Source of the DNA: Carpediemonas membranifera BICM
Lineage: Eukaryota; Protista; Fornicata
Assembly: GCA_019828565.1 (NCBI GenBank)
Contig: JAHDYR010000003.1
Span: forward strand, 431,309-495,308
Direction of reading: 5' to 3'
DNA: 64,000 bases
In this document: one piece after another, positions 46,284 through 57,902 of the stretch
Numbering within the stretch: position 1 is the first letter of the stretch
Layout: each line of letters starts with the position of its first letter
Translations under genes and position numbers: made by a program
Notes under the pieces: model-generated
What the model saw: only the letters and a program-made list of their open reading frames with translations
What the model was told of the DNA's origin: nothing
Database searches by the model: none

Positions 46284-49200
46284 TGTGGTATGGATAGAAC
46301 AGCTAGCGAAAGAGATTTAATCAATTGATTGGGACACTACCCCTCTCCTCGAGGTGACGGCGCACGACGGACGTGCGGGCGGCGTCAGAGTTGGGACCCT
46401 CCCACGTGGCCTTAGCCTTAGGGAAGCCGAGCCACTTAATGAGGAGGTCGCCAGTCTCGTCGTCGACCTCTAGGACTTTCTCGACGTAATACTCCTCGTC
46501 GTCGGTAGCCGCGATGCGCAACAGTTCGGCGTCGCTGAGGGGGCCTTGGCAGATGCGGATTAACTGGCTCAGGTGGACCCGGCGGCTCTTGCCGCCAGTG
46601 AGCGGCGTGATCTCCGCTGCGTAACCGTCGGCGGCTGTGATGCGGAATGGGCCGCGGTGGCCGTGTAGCTTCGTGGGGCTCTCGTTCTTACGAAGGACCA
46701 GAGTGCCCGGCTCGATCGGGGGCGTCGGCTCTGCGGTCCTTGTCATTGCCTGCTGGCGGTTGAGGGCCTGGTCGGCGAGGATCTGGAGGTGCTCGGTGAG
46801 CGCGTCGATGTAGGAGGCTATGTCGTCCAGGGGAGTATGAACTCTACCCTCCTCCTTGGGTGCGATCGTGAAGTCGCGAGCGGAGGCATGCTTGCCCATC
46901 AAGAGAGCAATGGGTTCGACGCCGGTGACGGAGTGGACCGTAGTGTTCAGGATGTACTGGACGTATGGGACCACGGAGGCCCAGGCGTCGTAACGGTCAA
47001 ACATCAGACAGAGCACACGTAAGTGTCGCTTGACTTCCTGGTTGCGTCTCTCGGCCAGGCCGTTTGACTGAGGGTGGAAAGGGATTGTCCGGTGGTACGT
47101 GACCTGCAAGCGATCAAGGAAAGCTTCTATCATCCGATTGCGGTACTCGGGGCCGTTGTCCGAAAGGAACTCGCGAGGCACACCGTAGCGTCCGATGATG
47201 GACCAAAGTGCCAGCCCGACCGTCGTCGCGTTGTTGGAAGCTGTGGGGATGAGCTCCGTGAAGCGGGTAAACATGTCGGTTGCCACCACGATGTATCTGA
47301 AACCCTCGGAGTCGACAGGGAAAGGACCCATGGTGTCTACAGCGATGGTCTGGAAGGGTCGGTCGCGCAGAGAAGACTGCGTTGTGGTCTTAATGAAAGC
47401 GGAGAGGCGTGCCTTAGCGCAGTACACGCAGGTTGACACGACTGCGTGCACGTCGGAGTGGAGGCCTGGCCAATCGTGCCCAAGCTGGCGGACGTTCCTG
47501 ATGGTGGCCTGCTCGCCCTCGTGGTATCGGTGAGCTTCTTGCACGATCTTGCGCTTGGCGTCTTCGTCGAGCTCGGCCTCTGAGACGTTGTTGACCTGCG
47601 TGACTGTGGCCTGCGGGTTGTATCGACTGAGTGCGTCGGCCAGTGTGTTCTGCGCGCCTGCGATGTGTCTGATGACGAACTCGAACTCTTGGATCATAAG
47701 CAGCCAGCGGAGGTGCTTACGGTTTTCCTGGCCAGCCTTGGAGTGCAGGTAGACCAAGTTGCGGTGGTCCGTCCAGATCGTCAGGTCCTGGTGGACTCTA
47801 AAGATGGGCGAGAGGTCAGGCCGAGTGAGGCAGTAGATGATCGCGAACAGCTCCTGGTCGTACGTGCACCAACGCGACTGTGTGTCGTTGAAGACCTTTG
47901 AGAAGAATGACACGACGCGCCATGTGTTGTCCGAGTCAAGCTGCAGTAAGACACCGCCGATGCCTTCGAGAGAGGCGTCGGTCTCGAGGCGCCAGGGCCT
48001 GCTCTGGTCCGGATGGGCGAGGACCTCTTCGTCTGTCACGGCCTGCTTGAGCTGATCAAACAGAGCCTGAAGCGTGTCGTCCCAGTCGTTGAAGGTGTAG
48101 GGTGGGACCTTGCTGACCAAGGCCTGGAGCGGCTTGAGGCGTGTCTGGCAGTCGGGGATATAGTCACTGAGGTATGTGAACATACCGATGATCATGCGTA
48201 GGTCCTTGACCGAGTGAGGTGCGGCGAGGTCCTGCATGGATCTGACACGAGTAGGGCTCATGCGGCGGCCCTTGCCATCGACGATATCGCCGAGGATCTC
48301 GATAGACGTCGCCCCGAAGACACACTTGTCGCCGCGGAGGCGGACGTTGCGTTCCTCTGCGATACAGAGTAGGCGGTCGACGTGGTCTAGAAGCTCCTGA
48401 GGTGTCTTGGCTCGACCAAAGATGTCGTCGATGTAGTTCTTCGTACCGTCGGCGCGCACAGGGGCAAGGATTGCCTGGATGGCCCGCTGGAACTGTGACG
48501 GTAGGTTACGAAGACCAAAGGGTGCAAAGTTGTACTCTTTGAACCGGCCTGGCAGCGTTATAGCGGTGAGGTACTTGTGGTCTTCGCGTACTGGCATTTG
48601 ATGAAAACCTGACCGGAGGTCACAAGCGAAGAAGTACTTGGCACCGATGAAGTCGTTGGTGAAGGTGCGGATATCTGCGAGGGGGAACCTGTCTGGTGTA
48701 GTTACCGAGTTAAGCTCGCGGTAGTCGGCGCAAAGTCGTAACTCGCTTGACTTCTTCACTACGATGACGGCTGCGGATGCCACGTGGCTGTAGGAATCGC
48801 GTACGATGCCCTGTCTGTCCATGTCGTCGATAATCTCGTGCACTCTTTCGGCGGCGGGTGCCGTGAGCGGTCGAGGGGCATGGTTGGGTAGGGGTGCGCC
48901 TGGCACGATGTCAATCGTTGCGGCGGCGATCTGGGCGCCGTCAGGGTGCAGCTCGCCGAATACCGGTGCGTGCCGGCGGATGACATCAGCCATCTCGGCT
49001 TTGAGCGGGAAGTCGCTTGCGATGCGTGTGCCAAGTGGGCCCGCGTCGTCGCTGACAATGTTGTTGACTGCGTGGAAGTCATCGGTCTGGTCGTCGGGGA
49101 GGCCTTCGTCCTCGCCGTCGTGAACTTGCGGGCGGAGGCGAAGCATGATGCCCTCGTCGGACATGAGGCCTAAGAACCACAATATATCCGAGCCGATGAG

Positions 49201-50807
49201 GACCTTATCGGCCCTGCCGCTGATGACGTGCAGGGGCCAATCGATGATCGTTCGGCGGTCGCCCAAGCGGTCCGCGACCAGCGTTGTCTCGAAGGTGCCG
49301 TGTTGCTGGAGACCTTGGTCGTCAGGGCCCGTCAGCTGGACCATGTCGGGGCCCCTCCTGCCAAACTGGGCGAGTGCGTTGGCGAGGTCCAGCGAGATGG
49401 TGGACACTACGGAGCCAGGGTCGACCGTCGCTGAGATAAGCGTGTCACCTATCGTCACTGGAATCCGGAGAAGCCGGCCCGGCGAGTAAGCGTGCTCGGC
49501 ATGCTCTACGTTCTGAACGCTGCCTTGTTGGGGCTTGTTGGGGGGTGTCGGTGTGAATGGTGTGGCCTGCTTGGGGTTCTGCCTGAACTGCCAAGGACCC
49601 TTCGACGTCGATGGTTGCTGGGGCTGCTGTGGTTGTCCAGCGGCCTGTCGTTGGGGACCAACTGCCTGCGGCTGGCGTGACTGGTTCTGCTGGGCGGCTG
49701 AGGCTTGGTGTGGTGTGCGTTGAGAGGCCTGGCCCTGGCGGGGATCTTGAGGTTGGCGGCCCGCCGGTGTGGCTCTGTTAGCCTGACTCTGGCGCTTCAG
49801 CAGCCGGCACTCTTCAGTAGAGTGGCCGCCGGGACCGTGGACGCGGCAGGTCTTGCGGCCGTTGCCCGGTGTAGCGGGGACCTTGGCGCCTGCCATGGGA
49901 CCGGAGGTCCTCTGGCAGAAGGACCAAGGCGTGACGATCGTCCCATCGGAGTTAGTTGGCAAAGCCAGGATGCGGTGCTGGACGTCATCGATGGTGGTGG
50001 CGCCGTCGGCGAAATCCTCGAAGGCGAGGGCGGCTTCGGTGACGTCAAAACCGCGGGTCAGCACGCGGAAAAGCGTGGATATCAGCCTCTTCTCGGTGAG
50101 GGGCGTGTAACCGTTTTCTTCTGTCGGGAACTTGGGGTTCAGCTGGCGACAGTGCTTGCCGAAAGCTAGGAACATCTTCTGCATAGAGGTGATGTCTCCA
50201 CCTGTGAGCGTGGTCCTTTCCAGGATCGCCGCCGCGCGAGCGGCTGGGTTGGCCCGCTGGGCGGGTGTCAGCTCGAAGTACGCGGTGTAGGTGAGCAAGA
50301 GGTCCGCCCGCTCGCGGAGCTCCTCCCTCGAGAGGCGCTCTGAGGCGTTGGTCGAGGTGTCTGGGGCCGTCGGTGGCGGACTGACCGCCTTGAGGGCTGC
50401 GGTGATGAAGGCCTGCTTCAGCTCGTCTGAAGCGATCGAGGCCGCTTGGGTGTCTATATCCTTGAGCTTGGCCAGGAGAGCGCTGAGCTCCTCGGCCGAT
50501 TTGTCGTCGTCGTTCTTCTCGGGTTCATTCTGCTCGGAAGGCTTATGAATGGGAGGACGGATCTCTGTCTCAAAGAAGCATTGGAAATCCTCGAATGTTG
50601 GGAATCTCGTTGTCGGGATGAACGCCGCGCGGATTTCGGCTAGTTTCTCGCTCCCGAGGAAAAAGAGGATGCTAGACGGCTGCTTTTTGCTTGCAACGTG
50701 AAGACGATACTCGTCTAAACGGCTGTTGCTGACTAAAACCATGACAGTGATCACTGTGGTATGGATAGAACAGCTAGCGAAAGAGATTTAATCAATTGAT
50801 TGGGACA
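46284..50807 (-). mobile_element. Chromovirus-like element D (4524 bp), 53-bp identical LTRs
   Basis: LTRs 50755-50807 and 46284-46336; 5-bp TSD CGCGC (plus strand); PPT GAGGAGAGGGGTAG. Confidence 0.96.
46321..50742 (-). CDS. gag-pol: Intact single-ORF Gag-Pol of D
   Basis: Uninterrupted ORF: CRVHGPGGHSTEEC, TVDPGS, YIDDI, LETDAS, LSDNG, YYVEKVL..LLIKWLGFP; stop inside the 3' LTR. Confidence 0.95.
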   Translation of the reverse strand: MVLVSNSRLDEYRLHVASKKQPSSILFFLGSEKLAEIRAAFIPTTRFPTFEDFQCFFETEIRPPIHKPSEQNEPEKNDDDKSAEELSALLAKLKDIDTQAASIASDELKQAFITAALKAVSPPPTAPDTSTNASERLSREELRERADLLLTYTAYFELTPAQRANPAARAAAILERTTLTGGDITSMQKMFLAFGKHCRQLNPKFPTEENGYTPLTEKRLISTLFRVLTRGFDVTEAALAFEDFADGATTIDDVQHRILALPTNSDGTIVTPWSFCQRTSGPMAGAKVPATPGNGRKTCRVHGPGGHSTEECRLLKRQSQANRATPAGRQPQDPRQGQASQRTPHQASAAQQNQSRQPQAVGPQRQAAGQPQQPQQPSTSKGPWQFRQNPKQATPFTPTPPNKPQQGSVQNVEHAEHAYSPGRLLRIPVTIGDTLISATVDPGSVVSTISLDLANALAQFGRRGPDMVQLTGPDDQGLQQHGTFETTLVADRLGDRRTIIDWPLHVISGRADKVLIGSDILWFLGLMSDEGIMLRLRPQVHDGEDEGLPDDQTDDFHAVNNIVSDDAGPLGTRIASDFPLKAEMADVIRRHAPVFGELHPDGAQIAAATIDIVPGAPLPNHAPRPLTAPAAERVHEIIDDMDRQGIVRDSYSHVASAAVIVVKKSSELRLCADYRELNSVTTPDRFPLADIRTFTNDFIGAKYFFACDLRSGFHQMPVREDHKYLTAITLPGRFKEYNFAPFGLRNLPSQFQRAIQAILAPVRADGTKNYIDDIFGRAKTPQELLDHVDRLLCIAEERNVRLRGDKCVFGATSIEILGDIVDGKGRRMSPTRVRSMQDLAAPHSVKDLRMIIGMFTYLSDYIPDCQTRLKPLQALVSKVPPYTFNDWDDTLQALFDQLKQAVTDEEVLAHPDQSRPWRLETDASLEGIGGVLLQLDSDNTWRVVSFFSKVFNDTQSRWCTYDQELFAIIYCLTRPDLSPIFRVHQDLTIWTDHRNLVYLHSKAGQENRKHLRWLLMIQEFEFVIRHIAGAQNTLADALSRYNPQATVTQVNNVSEAELDEDAKRKIVQEAHRYHEGEQATIRNVRQLGHDWPGLHSDVHAVVSTCVYCAKARLSAFIKTTTQSSLRDRPFQTIAVDTMGPFPVDSEGFRYIVVATDMFTRFTELIPTASNNATTVGLALWSIIGRYGVPREFLSDNGPEYRNRMIEAFLDRLQVTYHRTIPFHPQSNGLAERRNQEVKRHLRVLCLMFDRYDAWASVVPYVQYILNTTVHSVTGVEPIALLMGKHASARDFTIAPKEEGRVHTPLDDIASYIDALTEHLQILADQALNRQQAMTRTAEPTPPIEPGTLVLRKNESPTKLHGHRGPFRITAADGYAAEITPLTGGKSRRVHLSQLIRICQGPLSDAELLRIAATDDEEYYVEKVLEVDDETGDLLIKWLGFPKAKATWEGPNSDAARTSVVRRHLEERGSVPIN

Positions 50808-53800
50808 CGCGCCACTTGAGGTCGTACTTCTTGCGAATCTCCGCGTCGCGATCCACGAAGACCCAGTAACCCGCTGCCACGCGCGACTCAGGGTGCTGCC
50901 GCTGAATGTCAGCCGCTCGCTTCTGGCTGTCCTGCTTCTTCTTCGCCGCTGTCTGCTCCATATTCCTTCTTCTATTTTCTTCGTTCTGGATCATCCTGCG
51001 CGCAGCCTCCACCTCCTCCATCCTCTGTTCCTTGAGCTTGTCCACGGTCGCTCTGGTTCCATCCGCCACTACCAGTCTCCACGCCGACGACCCGGTCGCC
51101 CTCGAACGCGCCGAGTTGATGATGTTCTGGATCGACGGGAGCAGACCCTTCCATCTCCTGGTCTGCCGTTCATACATCTCGCACCGCAGGTGGCGGTTGA
51201 CCTCTTTGTTCCACCGCTCGACCACGCCGTTCTCCTCGTGGTAGTACGGCGTCGTGTGGTTGACCCGCGCCCCGGTCTCCCTGGCCCACGCGTGAAACTC
51301 GGTCGATGCGAACTGCGACCCGTTATCTGCTACCCACTCGACCGGCATCGGGAAGTGGGTGAGGTAGAACCTCTGCAATGCCTCGATGGTTTCTCGTGAC
51401 GACACTGTCTTCAGCGGGACCAGGGTGACCCATCGCGACGTTTCTTCCACAACTGTCAGGATGTTCCGGTACTCGCCGTCGGCCTCTTTCATGACGATGG
51501 TGTCCACGAACACTCGACCATACGGTCCCAGCGGCTCGCGCGGCGCCGACTGGTACGGGTCGCCCCCCATACCCGACTTCTGGCACACGGGGCATCGTTT
51601 GACCATCGTTGACACGTCAGCTTCGGCTCCGTCCCAAGACAGTCCGATGTCCTCAAGCTTCCACAGGGTCTGTTGCACCCCATGGTGGCCCTTCCCAGCG
51701 CCGTGTACCTCCTTGAACCTCGCTTCCTTCTGACTCTCCGGCAGTGTCGGGCTCGCCTCCTGTGTCGTCCTGAACTCGTCTACTCTGAACAGCAGTTGCC
51801 CCTGCGGTCTCGGCTTGCTCTCTTCTGTCTCAGCGCCGGCTGCCGCTGGGCCATCCTCGTCTGACTCCGTCCGACTCTGGTCCGGAATGTCCTCCTGCTC
51901 CTGCTTCGCCTGCTCCTCTGCGAGCGCCGCCCTCGATAGCCCGTCGGCGATCTCGTTAAGGCTGCCCGGCACGTGCTCCACGTCGAATTTGTAGTTGGCG
52001 AGCTCGAGTGCCCACCGCTGCACCATGTCGTCATTGGCGCCCCACACGTACGCGAGGTTCCTGTGGTCACACCACACCTTGAACTCCTGCGTTGCCAGCA
52101 GACGCCGAGCCTTGCGGATCGCGTGGACAATGGCGAATGCCTCCTTCCTATACGTGCTCCACCTGCGCTGCGAGCCGGACAGTGCCTTCGACAAGAACAT
52201 AATCGGCCGCTTGCCGCCCTCGTCCTCCTGCATCAGCACCGCGCCGACCCCCTTGTCCGACGCGTCCGTGTACAGCGCGAGTCTCTTCGCCGGGTCCGGG
52301 TGTGTCAGCACCGGCGCGCTCGTGACCGCCTTCTTCAATGCCTCGAGCGCCCTGTCCTGATCCGGCCCCCACGGCGGCGCGTCCTTGAGCTCCATCCTCC
52401 TGATCGGCTCGGCCAGGTCCGCGTACCCCGGGATGAACTTCGCGAAGAAGTTGAAGATACCCAGGAGGGCCCTGACATCGCTGACGTTGTGCGCCGGGGC
52501 GAGCTTCTGTACACCCTCCACCCTCCACTCAGGCACGGACCGTCCCTCCTTCGACACAGTCCAGCCCAAGTACTCTACCTCGTCAAGGTTGAAAGCGCAC
52601 TTCTTCTCGTTAAGCTTGATCTTCCGCTCCCTCACCCGGTCCATGACATGCCGGAGGTTGGCCTCGTACTCCTCCACCGTCTCCCCGAACACCAGGATGT
52701 CGTCAACGTAGATGAGGCAGGCCGTCCCCAACATGTCCGCGAACGCCTCCTCCAGCGCTGCCTGCATATGGCCCGCCGCCGTCGACAACCCGAACGGCAT
52801 CGTGTTATAGGTGAAGTGGCCGTCGGGTGTGGTGAACGCCAACAGCTCCTGCGTCCCCTCCTCGACCGGCACCTGGTGGAACGCGCTGCTCGCGTCCAGG
52901 GCTGCGAACTTGACCTTGCCCTCCAGCATCGTCATGATGTCGTCGATGGCCGGGAGGTCGTGCTGGGGATCCTCGATGAACTTGTTCAAGCGGATATAGT
53001 TGATGCACGGGCGCCACTCCCCACCCTTCTTCTTCGCCATGACCACGCGCGACGACCAGGGCGACTTCGACCTACGGATGATCTTCGCCTCTTCCAGTTT
53101 CTTGAGGTGCTCCGACAGTGCCTGCTCAATCTCCGGCTGCCGCCTCCTCGGCAATTCGAAGTAGGGCACCGCATCATCACTCAGACTGATCTTGTACGGC
53201 TTCAGGTCTGCCGCGCCGTCGGCCGGGCCGAAGCAATCGGCATACTCCTCGCGGATCTGCTCGTCCATCGTGGCCAGCAACTCCTCATCGCCGTCGACGT
53301 CGGTCGTGGTGGCCTCCACGTTGATCAGGCCCAGCTCGGCAAGGGTCCTGAAGCAGATTGTGGGTTTGCAGCCAGCGATCACGTCCCAGTGGAGCGTGAC
53401 GTCGACGTCTTTCTTCAATGCGAGTCTGACCTTCTTCGATCCTCCCGTCAGCACTCTCGCCGTCGAGTTGTCGCCCAGCTTGACCCACCGGTCGGCCCAC
53501 TTCGTCCGGATGCCCCACTCTCTGGCCAACTCCGGCGGGATGAAATTGCTGCTAGCACAAGTATCGAGCCGCACCACATGCTCCTTCAGCCCGACACTCA
53601 TGCTGCACTCCCAAACCTTGCTTTCCACCCCCGAGGCAAAGACTAAACACTGATCGGTTTTACTGGCGTCCGGACAGTCCTTCGCGACGTGCCCCACCTT
53701 ACCACACCGATAACAGCGACGGGTGCCTCCGGCTATCTTCGGCTCTGGGCAGTCCTTGGCCATGTGGCCCCCACCCCCGCAGTTATAGCAGTGCAACTTC

Positions 53801-54215
53801 TTCTGCCCCTGCTCTTGCTTCTGCACGTCTTTCTTCGATGTAGACGATGTGGGGGCTCCAACAGCCCAAACTGCTTCATTGCCTCGCGCTTCTTCCTCTC
53901 CCACAGCATTACTGATTGCATGACTCCGGCTGAGTCAGTGCATGCGTCAACGACGCCCTGGAGTATTGCGTGTTGTCCTTCGTGCTTGCACGCCTCCAAG
54001 ATCAGCCTCTTCGTTGCATCTATCGGGATGTCCTCTATCTTCTGGAACAACACCGCCGCTCTCGCTGAAATCCTGTTGAGCACTTCGCTTACGCTCTTCT
54101 CAGGTCCATTCGTCAAAAGCTGCGTCCGTGCGAACACTTCAGTGGGTAGGACGAGCTCTTCTATGCTCTTCTTCCAAAATGCGTCCTCCTTCTTCTGGTG
54201 TGCGCGTCGTGCCTT

Positions 54216-56171
54216 TGTGGCGTTTCCTGTCTCGTTGCTCCAGTGAGTTTTGTCAGTTTAAACCACTTCACCAGTTCTTGCCTTGATTCGGCACAATGTC
54301 GACATTATCGGAAATTGAGGTACCTGTTGTTGACGATGTTGCATCCACTCATGTTAAGGAGGATCTCGTCACTGTCATCGAGAGTTCTGCGCCCACCAAG
54401 TCCGTCGATTACTTGATGGGGCAGATAGATGCCCTTCGTCAGCAACTTTCATCCTCCGTTGTGTCCACTACGCCTGCCGTGCCGCTCAGCTCTCTAAAGC
54501 GCCCCCGTTTCGGGCAGGAGCTTTCGAGCCTGAGCCAGGATCATTGGCGGGCATTCTTGGCGGCTTACGAACGCCATGTGCTCCAGTACCCAACTGCTGA
54601 GAGCATCCTCTCCAACCTTGGCAAGTGGTGTCACCACTTCGCCCTGGACACCCGCTTCGCGCCCTTGGTGCAACTGCATGCCGCCTGGAGCCTGCGAGCG
54701 GCTGTTCCACCTACGACGATCGCCAGCCTGGCAGCCGAGTTGGCAGTCTGCCAGGAGGACCTTGCCACGGTCAAGAAGACTGTGGCAGCGGCCTTCGCCG
54801 TGGAGGACCCTACACTTCTCCTCCGTCAGCTCGGCCAGAAGGGCACCGCCCTCTGGACTGATAGACGCTGCCCCCACGAGCTAGCAACGCAGGTCGCTTG
54901 GGTGGCCGCCGAACACGACACTCTCCACCGCTGGCTCGACCCTTCCGACCGGCTGCCGAAGCGTGCAGTCCTGCGGTCCTTCGAGTCATCCTGCAAGAGC
55001 GCGGCCTCACACACGGTACGTGCGGTTCTGGAGACCCTAACGGCCCTCCAGAAGTATACGACTGTGACCGCGCTCGCCACTGACCTCGTAAGCGAGCTCC
55101 GCGCCCTGGAGGTCGCATCAACACGGGCCGCCACTTACGCCCACACTCCCACACAGCCCAAGGTCCAACCTCCGGCTGCCACTGTGGCACCACCTGCCAC
55201 GTCAACCTCGGTCGCCCCGTCTGCCGCTACAGCACCCAAGACGCCCGCGACCACCCGCACGCCCACTCAACCGAGACCTCAGGGCGCTGCCAAAGCTACC
55301 CACGGCCCTAGAGCCCCAGCATCGAAGGGCTCGAAGGACGATTCAGCGGTCTCAGCCGCGTTCGCCGCAAGATGGTGTGACCCTAAGAGGCCGCCATTCG
55401 AGGGGATGACGTGGTGTGATCTTCACGGTCGCTGGGGAAGCCACGAGCGTAGCAAGTGCTCGCTGGCCCAGCCTAAGATCACTGTCACCCCGACTGCGAC
55501 GACTCAGCCAGCCGCCGCCACCAAGACACACCCCATGAGCCTCCGCCAGAACCCGCCACAGAACAAGTTCCCCAACATGGTCGTCCATGCGGTGGAGGCG
55601 CCTGTGAACCAGGTGGCAACCCCCGACTCTAAGCCCATCCGGGTCCACATCACCCTCAACGGGGTCCGGACCACAGCCGAGCTAGACACTGGCGCAGCGG
55701 TCAGTTGTGTCAGCGAGGGTACGCGCGATGTTATCGCAGCTGTTTCGAAGCAGCCGACTTCCCCGGTTGGTACCATCGACCTGAAGGTCGCCAACCAGGT
55801 GACCGTCGCAGCAGACCAGGTCCCTCTACAGCTCACCATGCCAGGTGCCAACACGACGCTCTCCCTAACTTGGAACTTCTCCGTTCTGGAAGGCCAAGGG
55901 CACTCCGTACTGCTGGGCCGGGACGTCCTCCGAGAGGTAGGACTGCTGACTGACTCGGCACTGATCATTCCGACGGAGGCTCCACCGGACGATGAAGATG
56001 ATATCGAGGCGATCGGCTACCTTGGGTCCGACTCTGCCGAGCCCGCTCGAGAAGCCGAGGTCCGCATTGCGGCGGAGCTTGAGAAGGTCACTATCCCTGA
56101 CGGTCCGCTTCACGACCGGCTTGTCGACCTGGTATACGAGTTCCGCGAGTTGTTCGACCCCGTCCTGCCGC
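54216..56171 (+). mobile_element. gag: Element A copy 1, 5' half: 80-bp 5' LTR (54216-54295) and gag-PR from 54296
   Basis: Preceded by CCTT TSD (54212-54215); ends at the X junction FDPVLP, which continues as PEGSTL on the minus strand from 22602. Confidence 0.95.
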
Positions 56172-56634
56172 CATACTGTAAGAATGGCTAGAGTCTCCCG
56201 GGAGATACCCTGGAGATACTCCAAAAAGTGCAAGAAAAAATGAGATTCACTAGAATCTGTTTCACATTTCACATATTTCACAAGAATATGTGAAATGAGA
56301 AGCAAAGCTAGTGAATGTCATTTTTACTTGTCCCTCATCGTCTGTATGGCATCTATAAACAAATCACGTATCTCTTGCAGCAGAAACTCTGTGTCATTCA
56401 CCTTTTTGTTGATTTCTTCTTCCTTTCGCAAGCCCTGAGCAGTTTTTCGGATTATTTGGTAAGAATCTTGTACTTTGGCAACTTCCACGAGCCCTGACGT
56501 TACCGTTTCTACCTTTTGGTGGCTAGTTGCTCGAATCATGACCGACAAATGTCGCAGTTTTAGGTATTGTCAATGCCAGGAGTCTACGTAAATAGACAAA
56601 TGTAACAACGTAAACAGCTTGGATAGAAATTCTC

Positions 56635-57859
56635 ATGAATTCAGAAGTGTCTGTACCAGAACCTATTGCTGCTACGCCCCCCATCAGACAGTATGGCAAC
56701 AGTAAGCTCGCAAATCTCCGTCGTTCATTTGTTACAGCCGTTGTTTCTTCAGTATTTGAGGACGACGAGGCAACTGACCTCGGCTTGAGTGCACGCGACA
56801 TCCATAAGGTACTTCTGGAGGTCCAGCGCAGGGTCGCCGCCGAATGCCCTGGGTTCAAGTCAATTGAACTCCGGGAACAGGTCAGGCGGACGACTGTTGT
56901 CGGCGTTACTACGTTTATAACAGCAGTTAGACCCTCTGCGGAGTACAATGGCTCTGTCATGCAGCACATTGCTGTCCGTAGTCAGCCCTGCCATGCCGAG
57001 TTCCGCCAGATGCTCTCAGATGTTCTCTCAGATGCTGGACTGAACGATGTTTCCGACTCAATCAGCCTTGAGAACTTGCCTGTGATCAACCGGGTGAGAT
57101 ATAAGCCTGTCAAGCAAAAAGGCAACGGTCAAATCGACCCCGACTACGATGATCAAGGCAGAGATCCCACCGATACGGTCGACTACGCAACTGTCTTCAC
57201 TTGGTGTTGGTGATGAAGCAGACACACCTCAGTCAACGACAGATCGATCGGTGCCGGTTCGGAAGAAGATCGTCTTTGACGACGAGGAAGCCAAGCGACC
57301 CAGGCTTGGTGACGACGATCTGCAGCAGGTGTCTAACAACGTGTCCGATGCTGTTGTTGACCGTATTAAGGTCCTGATCAACGACGTTGTCTCAGAGACC
57401 CGTGTGAGAGACCCGCCTACCGAACCCGAGACATGTAAGACGACTTTCCTTAGCCTTCATCAGCGCAAAATGCTATTTGGATGTCTTGTGTGTGGTACCC
57501 CCGAGTGGTTCTTCAATCCAGACGGCACTACGTTCAGGAGATGCTGTGCTTGCAAAGGTTTCCTGCACGAGCAATGTGTCAGGACGAAGGGCAAGAAGGA
57601 CTACTGTCCCGCGTGCTATATTACCGGCTCTAGCAACAAGTGCCAGGCGTGCAAAAAGGGCCTAAGATCCAAGAACACGAAGAAAGCAGAAGAACAGGCT
57701 TCTACTCTTCTTTGCTGCCGAGGCTGTCACTGGTGGTACTGTGAGCATTGCTCTGAGGAAGTGCAGTACACCATTGATGGCAAGTTGTACATCGTTCCCC
57801 TCTGCAGCAAATGTAAGGTTGTCTATAAGCGAGTAGAGGGCATGAGACCGATTGTTTAG
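56635..57859 (+). CDS. Tandem PHD-like protein, X copy 2 (A-run frameshift near 57118)
   Basis: Matches 32254-33477. Confidence 0.8.
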
Positions 57860-57902
57860 TGTTTAGTGAGAGATGATCATAAATTGTATATATATCTGTT
57901 TA

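Larger units (their letters stand above)
46034..54215 (-). mobile_element. gag-pol: Element E, gag-pol body (50808-54215 and 46034-46283), interrupted by D
   Basis: Two CCHC knuckles, RLDTCAS, YVDDI, YTDASD, VADNG; LKW/RGPL rejoined across D; AYIKKIVDW...VRCRWL chromodomain cut by A copy 2. Confidence 0.92.

Noticed and set aside
51973-53646. 557-aa plus-strand ORF and many other overlapping ORFs
   Set aside because: Antisense shadows of GC3-rich pol or host genes, with no recognisable motifs.
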